A stretch of DNA of 64,000 nt from Promethearchaeota archaeon (GCA_019057865.1 JAHLWP010000001.1:1-64000); one strand, 5' to 3'; shown: positions 10,456 to 20,837, counted from the first letter of the stretch. Program-made: numbers and translations. Notes: generated by a model from the sequence alone, not told the origin.

Positions 10456-10560
10456 AATTTTATTCATTTTACTAGTATTATAGAAATTTCATAAAACTTT
10501 AATGATAAAATAGATAAGTTATTCAAGAGAGAGTTATTGAAAATTTAAAGGGACTTTAAT

Positions 10561-11850
10561 TTGCTCGACATCGAATTATATAGAAATGATTTGGAAAAGG
10601 TTATTGAATCCGAAGTAAAAAGATTTAAAGATCCATCTAATGCAAGAAAAGTATTAGAATATGACGAAAAATGGAGAGAAGTTTTACAAACTTTACAAGA
10701 TTTAAGGAAACAGAGGAATGATTTATCAATTCAAATTGGAACTTTTAAAAAATCAGGTGATAACAAAAAAGCTGAAAAAGCTAGATTCAAATCGAAAGAA
10801 ATTAAGGACCGAATTGATAAGTTAGAGAAAAAAAAGGTTGAATTTTTTGATCAAAGAGAAAATTATAGATACATAGTTGGTAATATTTTACATGACTCTG
10901 TACCTATTGGTGAAACTGATGAAGATAATGAAATTATAATAACTGTTGGAAAATTACCAAAATTTGACTTTGAACCTTTATCTCATGTCAATTTAATCAC
11001 TAAGATTGATGGAGCAGATACAAAAAAGGCATCTGAAATAGCGGGTTCGAGATTTTACTTTTTAAAGGGAGATTTAGTTTCACTTAATTTAGCTCTGATA
11101 AAATTTGCATTAGATAAATTAATAAATAAGGATTATATTCCAATGTGGCCACCCTTCTTTATTAAATACGAAGTTATAAAAGCAGCGGCAGAATTAGCAG
11201 ATTTTGAAGAACAACTATATAAAATTCAAGATGAAGATCTTTTTATGATTGCCACCGCAGAACAAACATTAGCTGCTTATCATTATGATGAAATTATAGA
11301 CCCCGAAAGATTACCTTTGAAATATGCTGGAGTATCATCTTGCTTTAGACGAGAAGCAGGATCTCATGGAAAAGACACATTAGGAATATTTAGAGTACAC
11401 CAATTTGAAAAGGTTGAACAATTTATTTTTTGTAAACCAGAACATTCATGGAAGCTATATGAAGAGCTGATAGAAAATGTAAAAGAAATTTTTCAGGATT
11501 TAAAAATACCCTATAGAATCGTAAATATTGCGTCTGGAGAATTAAATGATAATGCTGCCAAAAAATATGACCTTGAAGCTTGGTTTCCCGCTTCAGAAAC
11601 ATATCGTGAACTCGTCTCATGTAGCAATTGTACAGATTATCAGGCAAGGAAATTGAAGATAAGAATGGGAAAAGTTGGTTCACAGCAAGCTAAAGAGATT
11701 TTGCATACCTTAAATTCAACTGCAATAGCAACAACGCGAACTATTTGTTGTATATTAGAAAATTTTCAAAATAAGGATCATTCAGTGTCAATTCCAGAAG
11801 TCCTTCAAAAAGATATGAATGGTAAAAAAATTATTAAAGCAATAAAATAA
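10561..11850 (+). CDS. serS: Serine--tRNA ligase
   Basis: N-terminal coiled coil, ATAE, CFRREAG, FRVHQFEKVEQ, ELVSCSNCTDYQ, HTLNST. Confidence 0.97.
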   Translation: MLDIELYRNDLEKVIESEVKRFKDPSNARKVLEYDEKWREVLQTLQDLRKQRNDLSIQIGTFKKSGDNKKAEKARFKSKEIKDRIDKLEKKKVEFFDQRENYRYIVGNILHDSVPIGETDEDNEIIITVGKLPKFDFEPLSHVNLITKIDGADTKKASEIAGSRFYFLKGDLVSLNLALIKFALDKLINKDYIPMWPPFFIKYEVIKAAAELADFEEQLYKIQDEDLFMIATAEQTLAAYHYDEIIDPERLPLKYAGVSSCFRREAGSHGKDTLGIFRVHQFEKVEQFIFCKPEHSWKLYEELIENVKEIFQDLKIPYRIVNIASGELNDNAAKKYDLEAWFPASETYRELVSCSNCTDYQARKLKIRMGKVGSQQAKEILHTLNSTAIATTRTICCILENFQNKDHSVSIPEVLQKDMNGKKIIKAIK

Positions 11851-11864
11851 AAGTAGAAATAATA

Positions 11865-13097
11865 ATGATTGAAATATCTTTGGAAGAATTTGAAGATTTT
11901 TATAAAAAAAAGATTAATTCTCAATTTTCAAAAATAAAGAGAGCAACCCAAAAATTAATAACTAACATTCGAGAAAATTTAATCGAAATTAAAGTCTGTA
12001 TGGATCACTTTATAAAATCTGGAGAAAATAAAGTCGATGGAAAAGCTCAAAAATCGTTACACTTTTTTTCTGACAGAATGAGAAAAGAGATTGATGAAAT
12101 TGAAATTCCTGACGAAGATATTTACTATGATAATGTAAATGATTTACTTAATTCTATAAAAAAGCTATTCCCCACTATAAATGAAATTGCAAGAAAGGCA
12201 TTTCCAAAATTTCAGAAGGAAGTTCAAACTGAAATCAAAGAGCTCGATTATATTACTCGAAAATTGGGAAAAAAACAAGGCATTCTTGATGAATTCTTAA
12301 GAAAGAAATATACTGATGTAAGGGAAGCAGAAGATTTACTAAAAAAATTACCAAAATTGTTTTCTCTGAGAGATCATATTGAAAAAACTAGAATTGAATT
12401 GGATGAATTTGAAAATGAGCATGAAGAAAAAAAAGAGGTTCAAGAGAAATTAAATTCGGAATTAATTGAACTTGAGAAAAATCAATTATTTAAAAACCTA
12501 GAAGATGAAGAGGACAATTTATTCAAGCTACAGTTAAAGATTAATGATGAAATAGGATTCAAGAAAGCTCTAAAAAAATTAAAATTTGAATTAGAAAAGG
12601 GGACAATTCACATTCCTAATATCGATCTGAATTATCTCAAAGAATTTCTTAAAAATCCTATTAGAATGTTAAGTAATGAACGAAAAGACTTACCAAAATT
12701 TACAACTCTCATGGTACAATTACGCCATTCCTTGGAGGAGAAGAAATTAAACCTCAAAACAGAAACAAAAGAGAAGACAATAGCGCAAATAAATTCTATT
12801 TTTAATGAAAAAAAGTTACAAGCAAATATTGAGAATTATTTACAAGTGAAAGAAAAAATAAAAGGGATTGAAAATAAAATTGAAGAAGCAGGTCTAACTC
12901 AAAAATTAGATGACTTAAAAAATCAAATATCAAAAATCAGCATTAAATTAGAGCGTATCGAGAATGATAAGAACCGAAAAAATAAGGATTATACTAGATA
13001 TCTTAGTAATTTAAAGGTTGAGCGCGAAACTTTTCAAAATATGGCTGAACATGTATTAAATGAGTCTGTAAAAATTGATATCACATTTTCATTTTAG
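11865..13097 (+). CDS. Coiled-coil hypothetical protein
   Basis: 410-aa K/E/L-rich helical ORF, 14 nt downstream of serS. Confidence 0.75.
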   Translation: MIEISLEEFEDFYKKKINSQFSKIKRATQKLITNIRENLIEIKVCMDHFIKSGENKVDGKAQKSLHFFSDRMRKEIDEIEIPDEDIYYDNVNDLLNSIKKLFPTINEIARKAFPKFQKEVQTEIKELDYITRKLGKKQGILDEFLRKKYTDVREAEDLLKKLPKLFSLRDHIEKTRIELDEFENEHEEKKEVQEKLNSELIELEKNQLFKNLEDEEDNLFKLQLKINDEIGFKKALKKLKFELEKGTIHIPNIDLNYLKEFLKNPIRMLSNERKDLPKFTTLMVQLRHSLEEKKLNLKTETKEKTIAQINSIFNEKKLQANIENYLQVKEKIKGIENKIEEAGLTQKLDDLKNQISKISIKLERIENDKNRKNKDYTRYLSNLKVERETFQNMAEHVLNESVKIDITFSF

Positions 13098-13112
13098 TTT
13101 TTCAATTTGTCT

Positions 13113-13844
13113 TTACTTTTTTTTTATTATTCTGAACGCCCGATTATTATCAGCATTAACTTTTTTTAAGGTTAGATTTAAATTGTTTTTTAAAAATTGG
13201 AAAGTTTCTGTATGCGTTAAATTAAAAATTTTTAAATAATTGTATGCTAATACTATATCTTGCTTAACATCCACATCAAACCCTGCTCTAAAGGAATCAT
13301 AAATCGATATCTTTTTTATCCCCATATCCTTTGCTTTCTGTATTAAGGCTACTAAAGATGGTATATTTGGATCTGAAAAAAATGTAGGAATTATATCAGG
13401 AGGTTTTCTTCCAAGTATAGATATTCCAGCAGAATGAATAGCAGGACAAACTAATAATTGATTATTTTTTAACACTTCATTAATTTCATTAAAGTTTCGA
13501 GCTTTGATTAAAATTATATCAATAAATGTTAATATAGTACTTTCAGCATTAAATTTATTAATTGCTATATCATTAAGGTTTTTAATAACTTCATCAAACG
13601 ATTTAGGAGGATTAGTTAAATTCTCTTTAATTCCAATCAATCCATAATCTTCAGCAAAGTCCAATATCTCATCAGTATTACAGTATACTATTTGTTTATC
13701 AAAACATTTGACCTTAGTTAAAGTCCTTATAAGGTCTTTAAACATAGCTAAAGTTAAGTCTCTAAGTTGATTATTTGAAAAACAATCTCTAAGTCGAGAT
13801 TTTGTTCTTGATAATGGTGCCACAGGAATTAATATAATACTCAT
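13113..13844 (-). CDS. cofC: 2-phospho-L-lactate/PEP guanylyltransferase (F420 biosynthesis), CofC-like
   Basis: IPV....KSRL N-terminal motif, LAMFKD, FDVD...D. Confidence 0.75.
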   Translation of the reverse strand: MSIILIPVAPLSRTKSRLRDCFSNNQLRDLTLAMFKDLIRTLTKVKCFDKQIVYCNTDEILDFAEDYGLIGIKENLTNPPKSFDEVIKNLNDIAINKFNAESTILTFIDIILIKARNFNEINEVLKNNQLLVCPAIHSAGISILGRKPPDIIPTFFSDPNIPSLVALIQKAKDMGIKKISIYDSFRAGFDVDVKQDIVLAYNYLKIFNLTHTETFQFLKNNLNLTLKKVNADNNRAFRIIKKK

Positions 13845-13924
13845 AATAATAATAATAATCTAATAAATTTAATACAAGATGAAAATAATAATGGAGGATC
13901 TTTTAAATTTAGATGGTTCAAAAC

Positions 13925-14482
13925 TTATTTTAATTTATTCAAAATTTGAACTGATAAAGTTTCAAATGCCTTATCTACATTTTCATTTAACTTGGCTGAA
14001 GTCTCAAAATATTTTACTCCTAAACTATTTACTTTTTTATCTACAATTTGTTTATTAATATTTCTTTTTAAATCAGTTTTATTTCCAACAATAATATATG
14101 GAATATCTCCACTTACTTCTTCTAATTTTGAAATCCAAAAATCTAAATTTTTAAAGGAAGATAGATCATTTAAATTAAAAACTACCATAGCTCCAACTGC
14201 TTGGACAAAATAATACTCATTACTAAAAAGTTTATCTTGCTGCCCTCCGATGTCCCAGAAGTACAATTTAAAGCCTTTTTCTTTCACATCTTTCTTCAAT
14301 TCAGGATTTTTAAAGTCTAATTTATCAAAAATATTTGTTAAATCAATTTCTTTTATTAAAAAATTAGCTCCTATTGTTTGATGATATCCTTCGTTAAACT
14401 TGTCATCTACATATCGTACTAATAAAGATGTTTTGCCAACTCCAGGCTCTCCACACAAAATCACTTTCCCTCGATATGACAT
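13925..14482 (-). CDS. Rab-like small GTPase
   Basis: GEPGVGKTS, TIGANF, WDIGGQ, GNKTD, ETSAK; no C-terminal Cys. Confidence 0.93.
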   Translation of the reverse strand: MSYRGKVILCGEPGVGKTSLLVRYVDDKFNEGYHQTIGANFLIKEIDLTNIFDKLDFKNPELKKDVKEKGFKLYFWDIGGQQDKLFSNEYYFVQAVGAMVVFNLNDLSSFKNLDFWISKLEEVSGDIPYIIVGNKTDLKRNINKQIVDKKVNSLGVKYFETSAKLNENVDKAFETLSVQILNKLK

Positions 14483-14594
14483 ATAATAACTTCCCCCTAT
14501 TATTTTATCCTATACTTTATTAATAAATTTTTTTTAAAATTTTATTCGATTTTTTTAATTTGTCAAAGTTCATATTTAAGTAAAATTTAAAGAT

Positions 14595-15437
14595 TTAACT
14601 TGGATAAGGTACTTTTTTTGGTGTTAATTGAATTTTTTTGCATTCTGAAGAAATGAAATGTCTAAATAAATGTTCATACCCAATAATTTGTTTTGGTATA
14701 CCATTTTCCAACCATAATCCTGAGGTATATTCAGGGGCTTCTTTTACTTGATCTAAGGTGGTAAGTAAAAAGTCGTTGTCAGTAATCAATAATCCAAAAG
14801 GAATTACGCTATCGCCCTCTATAGAATGAATTACTACTGAAATTTTCAATAATTTTTTCATCTCTTCTTTTAAGGTATCATTATATTTTAGAGCAATAAC
14901 AACTTGAATATCAGATGAAAATTTCTTATTCCAAAGATCTTTTAAAATCCAATCATAACCTCCTAATTCTGTCATTAATAGATCAGGAGTAATTATGAAA
15001 TAGATTCGCTTCTTTGCTGAACTGATTAGTTCTTTAATCTTTTTTCTAATTTTCTTTCTTGAGTTAATAGCCCATACTCTGGGTTCAGATTTTTCTTTAT
15101 TAATTTCCAATTCGCTTATTACTTTCTCTAATATTAATGTTTTTTCTATTTTTTGCTTGTATTCCTCACGAATAGCCTTGAATATTCTTTCTATCGGTAT
15201 TACTTGATAATTTGCTCCTCTCTTTATAGGTTCTTTTTGAATAAAACCTTTTTCGATTAATCTATTTAACGAGTCATAAACTCTCGCGCGATCTACTCCT
15301 GAATGTTTTGCAATATCTGCTGGACTTAATATTTTATATTTACATAAGGTAAGTAAGACTTTGGAATCATTCTTCGTGAAACCTAATGATTGAAGCGCAA
15401 CCCCAATTTCAGTTTCATCAATATTATTTCCTAGCAA
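14595..15437 (-). CDS. TrmB-family transcriptional regulator
   Basis: LGFT....VL, IAKHSGVDRARVYDSLNRLIEKG wHTH, followed by an effector domain. Confidence 0.88.
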   Translation of the reverse strand: MLGNNIDETEIGVALQSLGFTKNDSKVLLTLCKYKILSPADIAKHSGVDRARVYDSLNRLIEKGFIQKEPIKRGANYQVIPIERIFKAIREEYKQKIEKTLILEKVISELEINKEKSEPRVWAINSRKKIRKKIKELISSAKKRIYFIITPDLLMTELGGYDWILKDLWNKKFSSDIQVVIALKYNDTLKEEMKKLLKISVVIHSIEGDSVIPFGLLITDNDFLLTTLDQVKEAPEYTSGLWLENGIPKQIIGYEHLFRHFISSECKKIQLTPKKVPYPS

Positions 15438-15913
15438 TTTCCAGAATTGTCAATTTTTTTTGTATCTATATTATAATAATCTATTCTTAGATTTTATATT
15501 TTAATTTATTTTTTTAATTAAAATTATAATTATCACTAATAAATGAAAAAATAGAATTAATAGAATTTTTCTTATAAATAGTGAATCTTTGTTATTGAAA
15601 CTTTAATAAGTATATAATATTGAAAAATTAAGAAATCAAGATTCTATTTAATAGAAGTTGAAATTTCAACAATTATCTGTTCCTTAAAAATTTCACAATG
15701 CTTAATAATAAATCAATTAATTTTCGAAGAGAATATTGAGATATTAATAAAAGTGAAAATTCTAAAAATTAAGAAATAAAGCCTTCATTTAATAAAAATT
15801 AAAATTTGATTTTAGTCGGAAAAATTTTTCCAAAATTAATATAACGATCTGATATTCGAATACCCTTGATCTCTCTTTATCGCGCTCTCAAAATATTGAT
15901 TCGAATCATAACA

Positions 15914-15921
15914 TTTATATA
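15914..15921 (+). promoter_or_regulatory. Putative TATA box of the histone gene
   Basis: TTTATATA about 80 nt upstream of the ATG; GGAGG ribosome-binding site near 15989-15993. Confidence 0.45.
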
Positions 15922-16002
15922 ATAGAAATGTGTAGTTATTATTAATTAATAATCTAATAAAATAAAAGTAATCTTATTTAAAATTAGTGGAGGAATAAAA
16001 TA

Positions 16003-16236
16003 ATGGCAAAAAAGACACCACCAGCCAAAAAATCTGAAGGATATATTGCTAAAGCACCTATTCGAAGATTAATGAAGAAAGAAGGCGCTGTTCTTGTAGC
16101 AGCAGATGCATTGGATAAGTTAATTGACTTCTTAGAGAAGAGTGCTGCTACTGCTACAAAAGATGCACTCAAAGTCTGTAAAGAAGACAAGCGTAAAAGG
16201 ATAACGGCTGCTGACGTGAGGGACGCAACAAGATAA
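16003..16236 (+). CDS. Archaeal histone with a short Lys-rich N-terminal tail
   Basis: IAKAPIRRLMK...V..DA...L...RKRITAADV histone fold, preceded by MAKKTPPAKKSEG. Confidence 0.93.
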   Translation: MAKKTPPAKKSEGYIAKAPIRRLMKKEGAVLVAADALDKLIDFLEKSAATATKDALKVCKEDKRKRITAADVRDATR

Positions 16237-16290
16237 GTAATTTGAATTTATAATAATTTAGATTTTTTTTTTCTTTTTTTACTTTTTGTG

Positions 16291-16815
16291 CTATTTAAAA
16301 TTATCATAAAATTCTTTAGTTAGATATTTATTAATATTATTCTCTAACTTCTTTTTAACATTATCTAATCCCTCAGGTAATACTCGTGTTTTACCCAATA
16401 TATCTATAAAACCGAGTTCAGATCCATATCTGGGAACTAAATGAAAATGCAAATGATCAATACTACCTCCCGCATCTCTCCCTTGGTTTATGCCAATATT
16501 ATACCCCTTAGGATTATATAAATCATCTAATAACAATTGCATTCCCTGGATTGTTCTTGTTATATGAAGCAATTCTTCCTTGGTAAGTTCAAGGAACTTA
16601 GTTATATGTCTTTGGGTTACAATCATTAAATGAGCAGGATTATAAGGATATAAATTTAAAACAATAAAACATAAATCATCTTCATAGATTTTTAGGGATG
16701 TAACCCTTTCATCATTATCTCGTACGGCACATAGGATGCAATCAACTTTTGGTCTTGCTTTTCCTTGAACATAATCTAATTTTCCTAGTGCTTGTAACCA
16801 CTTATCAAAAATTAT
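16291..16815 (-). CDS. HIT-family hydrolase, about 174 aa; start is probably a non-canonical ATA
   Basis: HLHFHL triad. The frame extends upstream of the listed ORF through CILC and LNLYPYNPAHLM to an in-frame stop just 5' of ATA at 16815. Confidence 0.85.
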   Translation of the reverse strand: MIFDKWLQALGKLDYVQGKARPKVDCILCAVRDNDERVTSLKIYEDDLCFIVLNLYPYNPAHLMIVTQRHITKFLELTKEELLHITRTIQGMQLLLDDLYNPKGYNIGINQGRDAGGSIDHLHFHLVPRYGSELGFIDILGKTRVLPEGLDNVKKKLENNINKYLTKEFYDNFK

Positions 16816-16836
16816 CTTTCACCATTAAAATTAATA

Positions 16837-17373
16837 TTATGAGTATAGAGAAAAATCAGGACCTGATGTAAATTCTTTAGTTTTAGTAAAATCTTCTGGT
16901 TTTATTTTCCCCACACAATACTCACTTAATATAATATTACTCAAAGCAGCACAATTGAAGACTCTACGCACACTATTGTAAAATATCTTTTTTGAAACTA
17001 GACCATCTTCATTTAGAAATATTTGATCACTAATTTCATATCTATGATTTTGAATATCGATTCTATAAAACATATCTCTTAAGAGAAATAATTTTCTTAA
17101 TTCCATAAAATATTCCATCTTCTTATTTTCTTTCAAAGAGTTTAATGCATTTACATGAGGAGGAGAAATCTGAGTGCCTAAACTTATAATAATCAATTCT
17201 TTATTCTTTGGTTTAAAAACGACCATCATATGCCCCCTTGGACCAGGAGGAAAAGAAAACTGAAATCCAAATTCAAGTTTTTGTTCAGTATTGGGTATTT
17301 TTTTCCTTAAAAGTCCCTCATCTAAAAGATATTCTCTAATAATATGTTTAATTTTACTTTCTTTAATAGACAT
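16837..17373 (-). CDS. Hypothetical protein (DUF2299-like)
   Basis: Resembles archaeal DUF2299 proteins (I..YL.DEG, PK....III....ISP.H). Confidence 0.55.
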   Translation of the reverse strand: MSIKESKIKHIIREYLLDEGLLRKKIPNTEQKLEFGFQFSFPPGPRGHMMVVFKPKNKELIIISLGTQISPPHVNALNSLKENKKMEYFMELRKLFLLRDMFYRIDIQNHRYEISDQIFLNEDGLVSKKIFYNSVRRVFNCAALSNIILSEYCVGKIKPEDFTKTKEFTSGPDFSLYS

Positions 17374-17501
17374 TTTTTATCAATAAATTAAAGAATTAAT
17401 TGATTAATTTAATTTTTTCAGAAATGTTTAAATCTCTTATTAAAAGTTCATGCTGTGTATCTGAAATAATTAAAATAAAATATAAACCGCGAAAAAATAT
17501 C

Positions 17502-17855
17502 TTAATATTTACCTTTTGGTCTAGGTTGAGGTTGAATGCCAGCATTCTTCAATTTTTCAGCATTATTTTCCAATTCTTCATTTGGAGTACAATATATTAC
17601 TTGTAAAGAACCTACGTTGATAAATATATTACCTACTATACCTAAACCCATCAGTTGATTTTCCTTATCAATAAAAGTATGGTCAATATCCATTTTAATT
17701 GCTTGTTTATTTCCTTCTAATTCAACTAATTGGGGTTGACAAGCAGTATAGCCTGTTCCTCTATTTCTTAGTAAGTAAGTCATAATTGCATAATCTAACT
17801 CGTCGTTAATTTCTCCTTGTTCTTGAAGGACCTTAACTACATTTGGAGCTGACAT
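17502..17855 (-). CDS. Hypothetical protein
   Basis: 117-aa ORF with normal composition in a co-oriented run of genes. Confidence 0.75.
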   Translation of the reverse strand: MSAPNVVKVLQEQGEINDELDYAIMTYLLRNRGTGYTACQPQLVELEGNKQAIKMDIDHTFIDKENQLMGLGIVGNIFINVGSLQVIYCTPNEELENNAEKLKNAGIQPQPRPKGKY

Positions 17856-18061
17856 TTTAATTAATTTAGTTTTTCTTATTTAGATTAAAATTAGTGTAAA
17901 TGATTATTAATATTTTGGTTAAGGTGTTATTGGTAAAAAAATAATGTTAAAAAAATATCTTACAAGATTAAAATATAAAAAAGTAGAAGATCAACCCCCT
18001 TTCAGTGTTAATACTCATTTTTGACCAGTTCGGTTAGATCGAGGAGTTTCAACTTCCTTTA

Positions 18062-18316
18062 TTAGTCTTTCTCTTCAAAAATGACCTCGTCCACTGAATG
18101 CAATGCGCAATTCATACTACTTAAAACATCAGTTACCGTTTCTAATAAAATGTCATTTCCCTCAACACTAATATGTAAAGAAGCTGTTTTTTGATCTAAC
18201 TCATCAACTTTGATTCGCACTTTTGACATGCCTTCAATTTCCATTAATGTCCGAGCAACTAATTCAACAGAAGGCATATGGGGCTTTAAAATATCTAAAT
18301 AATAGGAAACTTTCAT
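18062..18316 (-). CDS. DUF211-family protein
   Basis: LDILKPH.P and ALHSVDEV motifs. Confidence 0.85.
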   Translation of the reverse strand: MKVSYYLDILKPHMPSVELVARTLMEIEGMSKVRIKVDELDQKTASLHISVEGNDILLETVTDVLSSMNCALHSVDEVIFEEKD

Positions 18317-18418
18317 TATTTTATTTTAAACCTTTTAGTTTTATTAATCTAATTTGATATTTTTAAACTAAAATTCTATCAATATTAATTTAGTAAATAT
18401 TTATAATTTTTTGTTTAT

Positions 18419-19111
18419 TTATAAAAGTTCCTCAATAGCGTTTATTAACTTTGAAGGAATTTCATTAAGTTCAATAATTTTATCTGCTTTTTCAAAAATT
18501 TCTTGCTTATGGAAATTAGATCTTTTAGTATTTAAAGCAATGGAGTGAGCTCCAACATTGATAGCTGCTTCTATATCACGATCAGAATCTCCAATAACCA
18601 CAATTTCATCTGGTTCAACGTTTAGTTCATTACATATGAATCTTAGATGATCTGGATGTGGTTTTAGATTTGAAATATTATCTCTTCCTACTATTAATAC
18701 AAAAAATCCTAATAACCTGACTTTTTCAAGTGATATTTTTGCATTTTTTTTTGTATTAAATGTAAAAATAGCTTGTTTTAGATTTTTAGATTTAGCAAAT
18801 TTTAGTACCTGATCAATCCCATTAATCATTGTCGCATTCAGAGCAGCTTCAAGTTCTATTTCCATAATCTTTTTATCTATATCTGCTATTATCTTCTCTA
18901 TTTTTTCATCAGAAAAACCCTTTTTATGAAAATAATCTCGTGCACTTGAGACATTTTCTAAAATTGAGTATTTTACAGTAAGAAGATGCTTAGGAACACC
19001 ATAATTTTTTAAGATCTTTATGGCTACTTTACGCGCTCTTAAATAATCGATTTTAAAATGAATAAGAGTACCATCCAAATCCCAAACTATTGCCTTAATA
19101 GATTTCAACAT
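18419..19111 (-). CDS. HAD-family phosphatase (phosphoglycolate phosphatase-like)
   Basis: WDLDGTL, KPHP, IGDSDRD. Confidence 0.9.
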   Translation of the reverse strand: MLKSIKAIVWDLDGTLIHFKIDYLRARKVAIKILKNYGVPKHLLTVKYSILENVSSARDYFHKKGFSDEKIEKIIADIDKKIMEIELEAALNATMINGIDQVLKFAKSKNLKQAIFTFNTKKNAKISLEKVRLLGFFVLIVGRDNISNLKPHPDHLRFICNELNVEPDEIVVIGDSDRDIEAAINVGAHSIALNTKRSNFHKQEIFEKADKIIELNEIPSKLINAIEELL

Positions 19112-19684
19112 TTAATATACCAGATCAGAATATATTGGTCCTTTTGGGGTTAAAATAGATTTTTTTAATTTAACTTCGTTTATATTAAAGGAGCCAAATT
19201 CTAAATTTTTATTTTCATTTATTAAATTCTTGAGTGTATCAAATGTCTCATACAAAATTTTATTCTTTCTTAAGCGTCCAATAGTTAAATGTGGTTTAAA
19301 TTGTGCTCTTTTATCGCGTTCAATTTTTAATTTTGTATTTAGTAATTCCTCAGCATTACTTTTGACATTTTGTAAGAATTGAATGTCACCAACGAGTTTT
19401 ATCCAGAAAACTGAAAATTTATTAAACTGACCCACACCCTTTAATATATACTTAAGGGTTCTCCCTTGGAACATCTTTTGGTTGATTTCTTCTTTTAATA
19501 TAGTAAAAATTTTTGGGGCTAAAGGTTCAGGGATATTTCCAAGAAATTTTAAGGTCATATGAAGATTTTCTGGTTTTATAAGTTTAAGTTTTGGTTGATT
19601 TTGTATTAAGCGAGAAGTGAAAGATACAATTCTTTCAATGGTATCTTGATTTTTTAATTCAATTGCTATAAAGGTTCTAATCAT
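19112..19684 (-). CDS. thpR: RNA 2',3'-cyclic phosphodiesterase (2H family)
   Basis: RTFIAI, HMTLKFLG, PHLTIGR, S.LTPKGPIY. Confidence 0.92.
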   Translation of the reverse strand: MIRTFIAIELKNQDTIERIVSFTSRLIQNQPKLKLIKPENLHMTLKFLGNIPEPLAPKIFTILKEEINQKMFQGRTLKYILKGVGQFNKFSVFWIKLVGDIQFLQNVKSNAEELLNTKLKIERDKRAQFKPHLTIGRLRKNKILYETFDTLKNLINENKNLEFGSFNINEVKLKKSILTPKGPIYSDLVY

Positions 19685-19700
19685 GGTTATTTGTACTTTT

Positions 19701-20837
19701 TTATTTTTTATTTTTCCAATAATTTAAAATTCTCCATTCTCTTTCTACTATTTGATTTCTATGTTCAGGAATTATATGTACATCTTTAAGATCATCAACA
19801 TTACAAGATTCAATAATTTTTATTATATCGTCTAAAAATAGCTGAACCATTTTTCCTCTTGTATCTGCTGATGCAGAAGCATTATGAGAAATAAGTATTA
19901 TTCTAATTTCAGGTTGATTTTTTTTAATTGCTTTTAATCTTTTTAAGGTTTTAGCATCTAAGGGCTCAATTGGAAAAACATCTAAAGCAAGATTTATCTG
20001 AATTTCCTTTGTTTCTAATAAGTCTAATAAAGCATCAAAGTCTATCAAGGGACCTCTAGCAGTGTTTACAAGCAAGGCATTTTTCTTCATTAATTTCAAA
20101 AGATTTCTATCAACTATTTTTTCAGTATCCTTATTTAATGGAATGTGAAGACTAACTATATCTGCTTCCTGAAAGATATCTTCTAGATTCTCCTTAAATT
20201 CAAGTAAAGGAAATTCTTTTTCAAATTCTTCCATTTGCTTAATATCATAATAAATAATTTTTACTCCCCAAGGATACAATTTTTTAACCACTTCTTTCCC
20301 AATCTCACCTAATCCTACAATTCCCAATACTTTATTTGTAATAACAGATGATAAGGTCTGATCTAAATCCCATTTACTTTTTGCTGTCCACTCTCCATTC
20401 CAAACGGATATATGGAGATCAATTAAATTTCTTAAATTAGCCATGATTAAAGCTATAGTGTAATCAGCAACTGTGTCATGAAGGACCCCTGGAGTATGTG
20501 TTATTATGATATCATCCTTTTCTATTTTTTCAATATGATTATATCCCACTGTTGAGGTAGCTATAGCAAAAACTGCTGGACTTTCAAGCATTTTAGCTAT
20601 GATTTGATGAGCTAAATGACATCCGATAATATTAGGGTTGAAAATTGAAATCTCATTTTGTAGCTGTTCTTTAGTTGGAAATCTTCCATTAAAAATTTTA
20701 GTCTCAGAAATATCATTTAATTTTTGCCACAGATTCTTAATAGCAATACGAATATTTTGATTAATTTTCTCGTTAGAACCAATTTTTTCTATTGTAAATA
20801 CTTTTGAAGTAAAATAGACCTTAGGTAAATAAGCCAT
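19701..20837 (-). CDS. D-2-hydroxyacid dehydrogenase (glyoxylate reductase-like)
   Basis: GLGEIG, SLHIPL, VNTARG, LDVFPIEP, HNAS. Confidence 0.9.
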   Translation of the reverse strand: MAYLPKVYFTSKVFTIEKIGSNEKINQNIRIAIKNLWQKLNDISETKIFNGRFPTKEQLQNEISIFNPNIIGCHLAHQIIAKMLESPAVFAIATSTVGYNHIEKIEKDDIIITHTPGVLHDTVADYTIALIMANLRNLIDLHISVWNGEWTAKSKWDLDQTLSSVITNKVLGIVGLGEIGKEVVKKLYPWGVKIIYYDIKQMEEFEKEFPLLEFKENLEDIFQEADIVSLHIPLNKDTEKIVDRNLLKLMKKNALLVNTARGPLIDFDALLDLLETKEIQINLALDVFPIEPLDAKTLKRLKAIKKNQPEIRIILISHNASASADTRGKMVQLFLDDIIKIIESCNVDDLKDVHIIPEHRNQIVEREWRILNYWKNKK

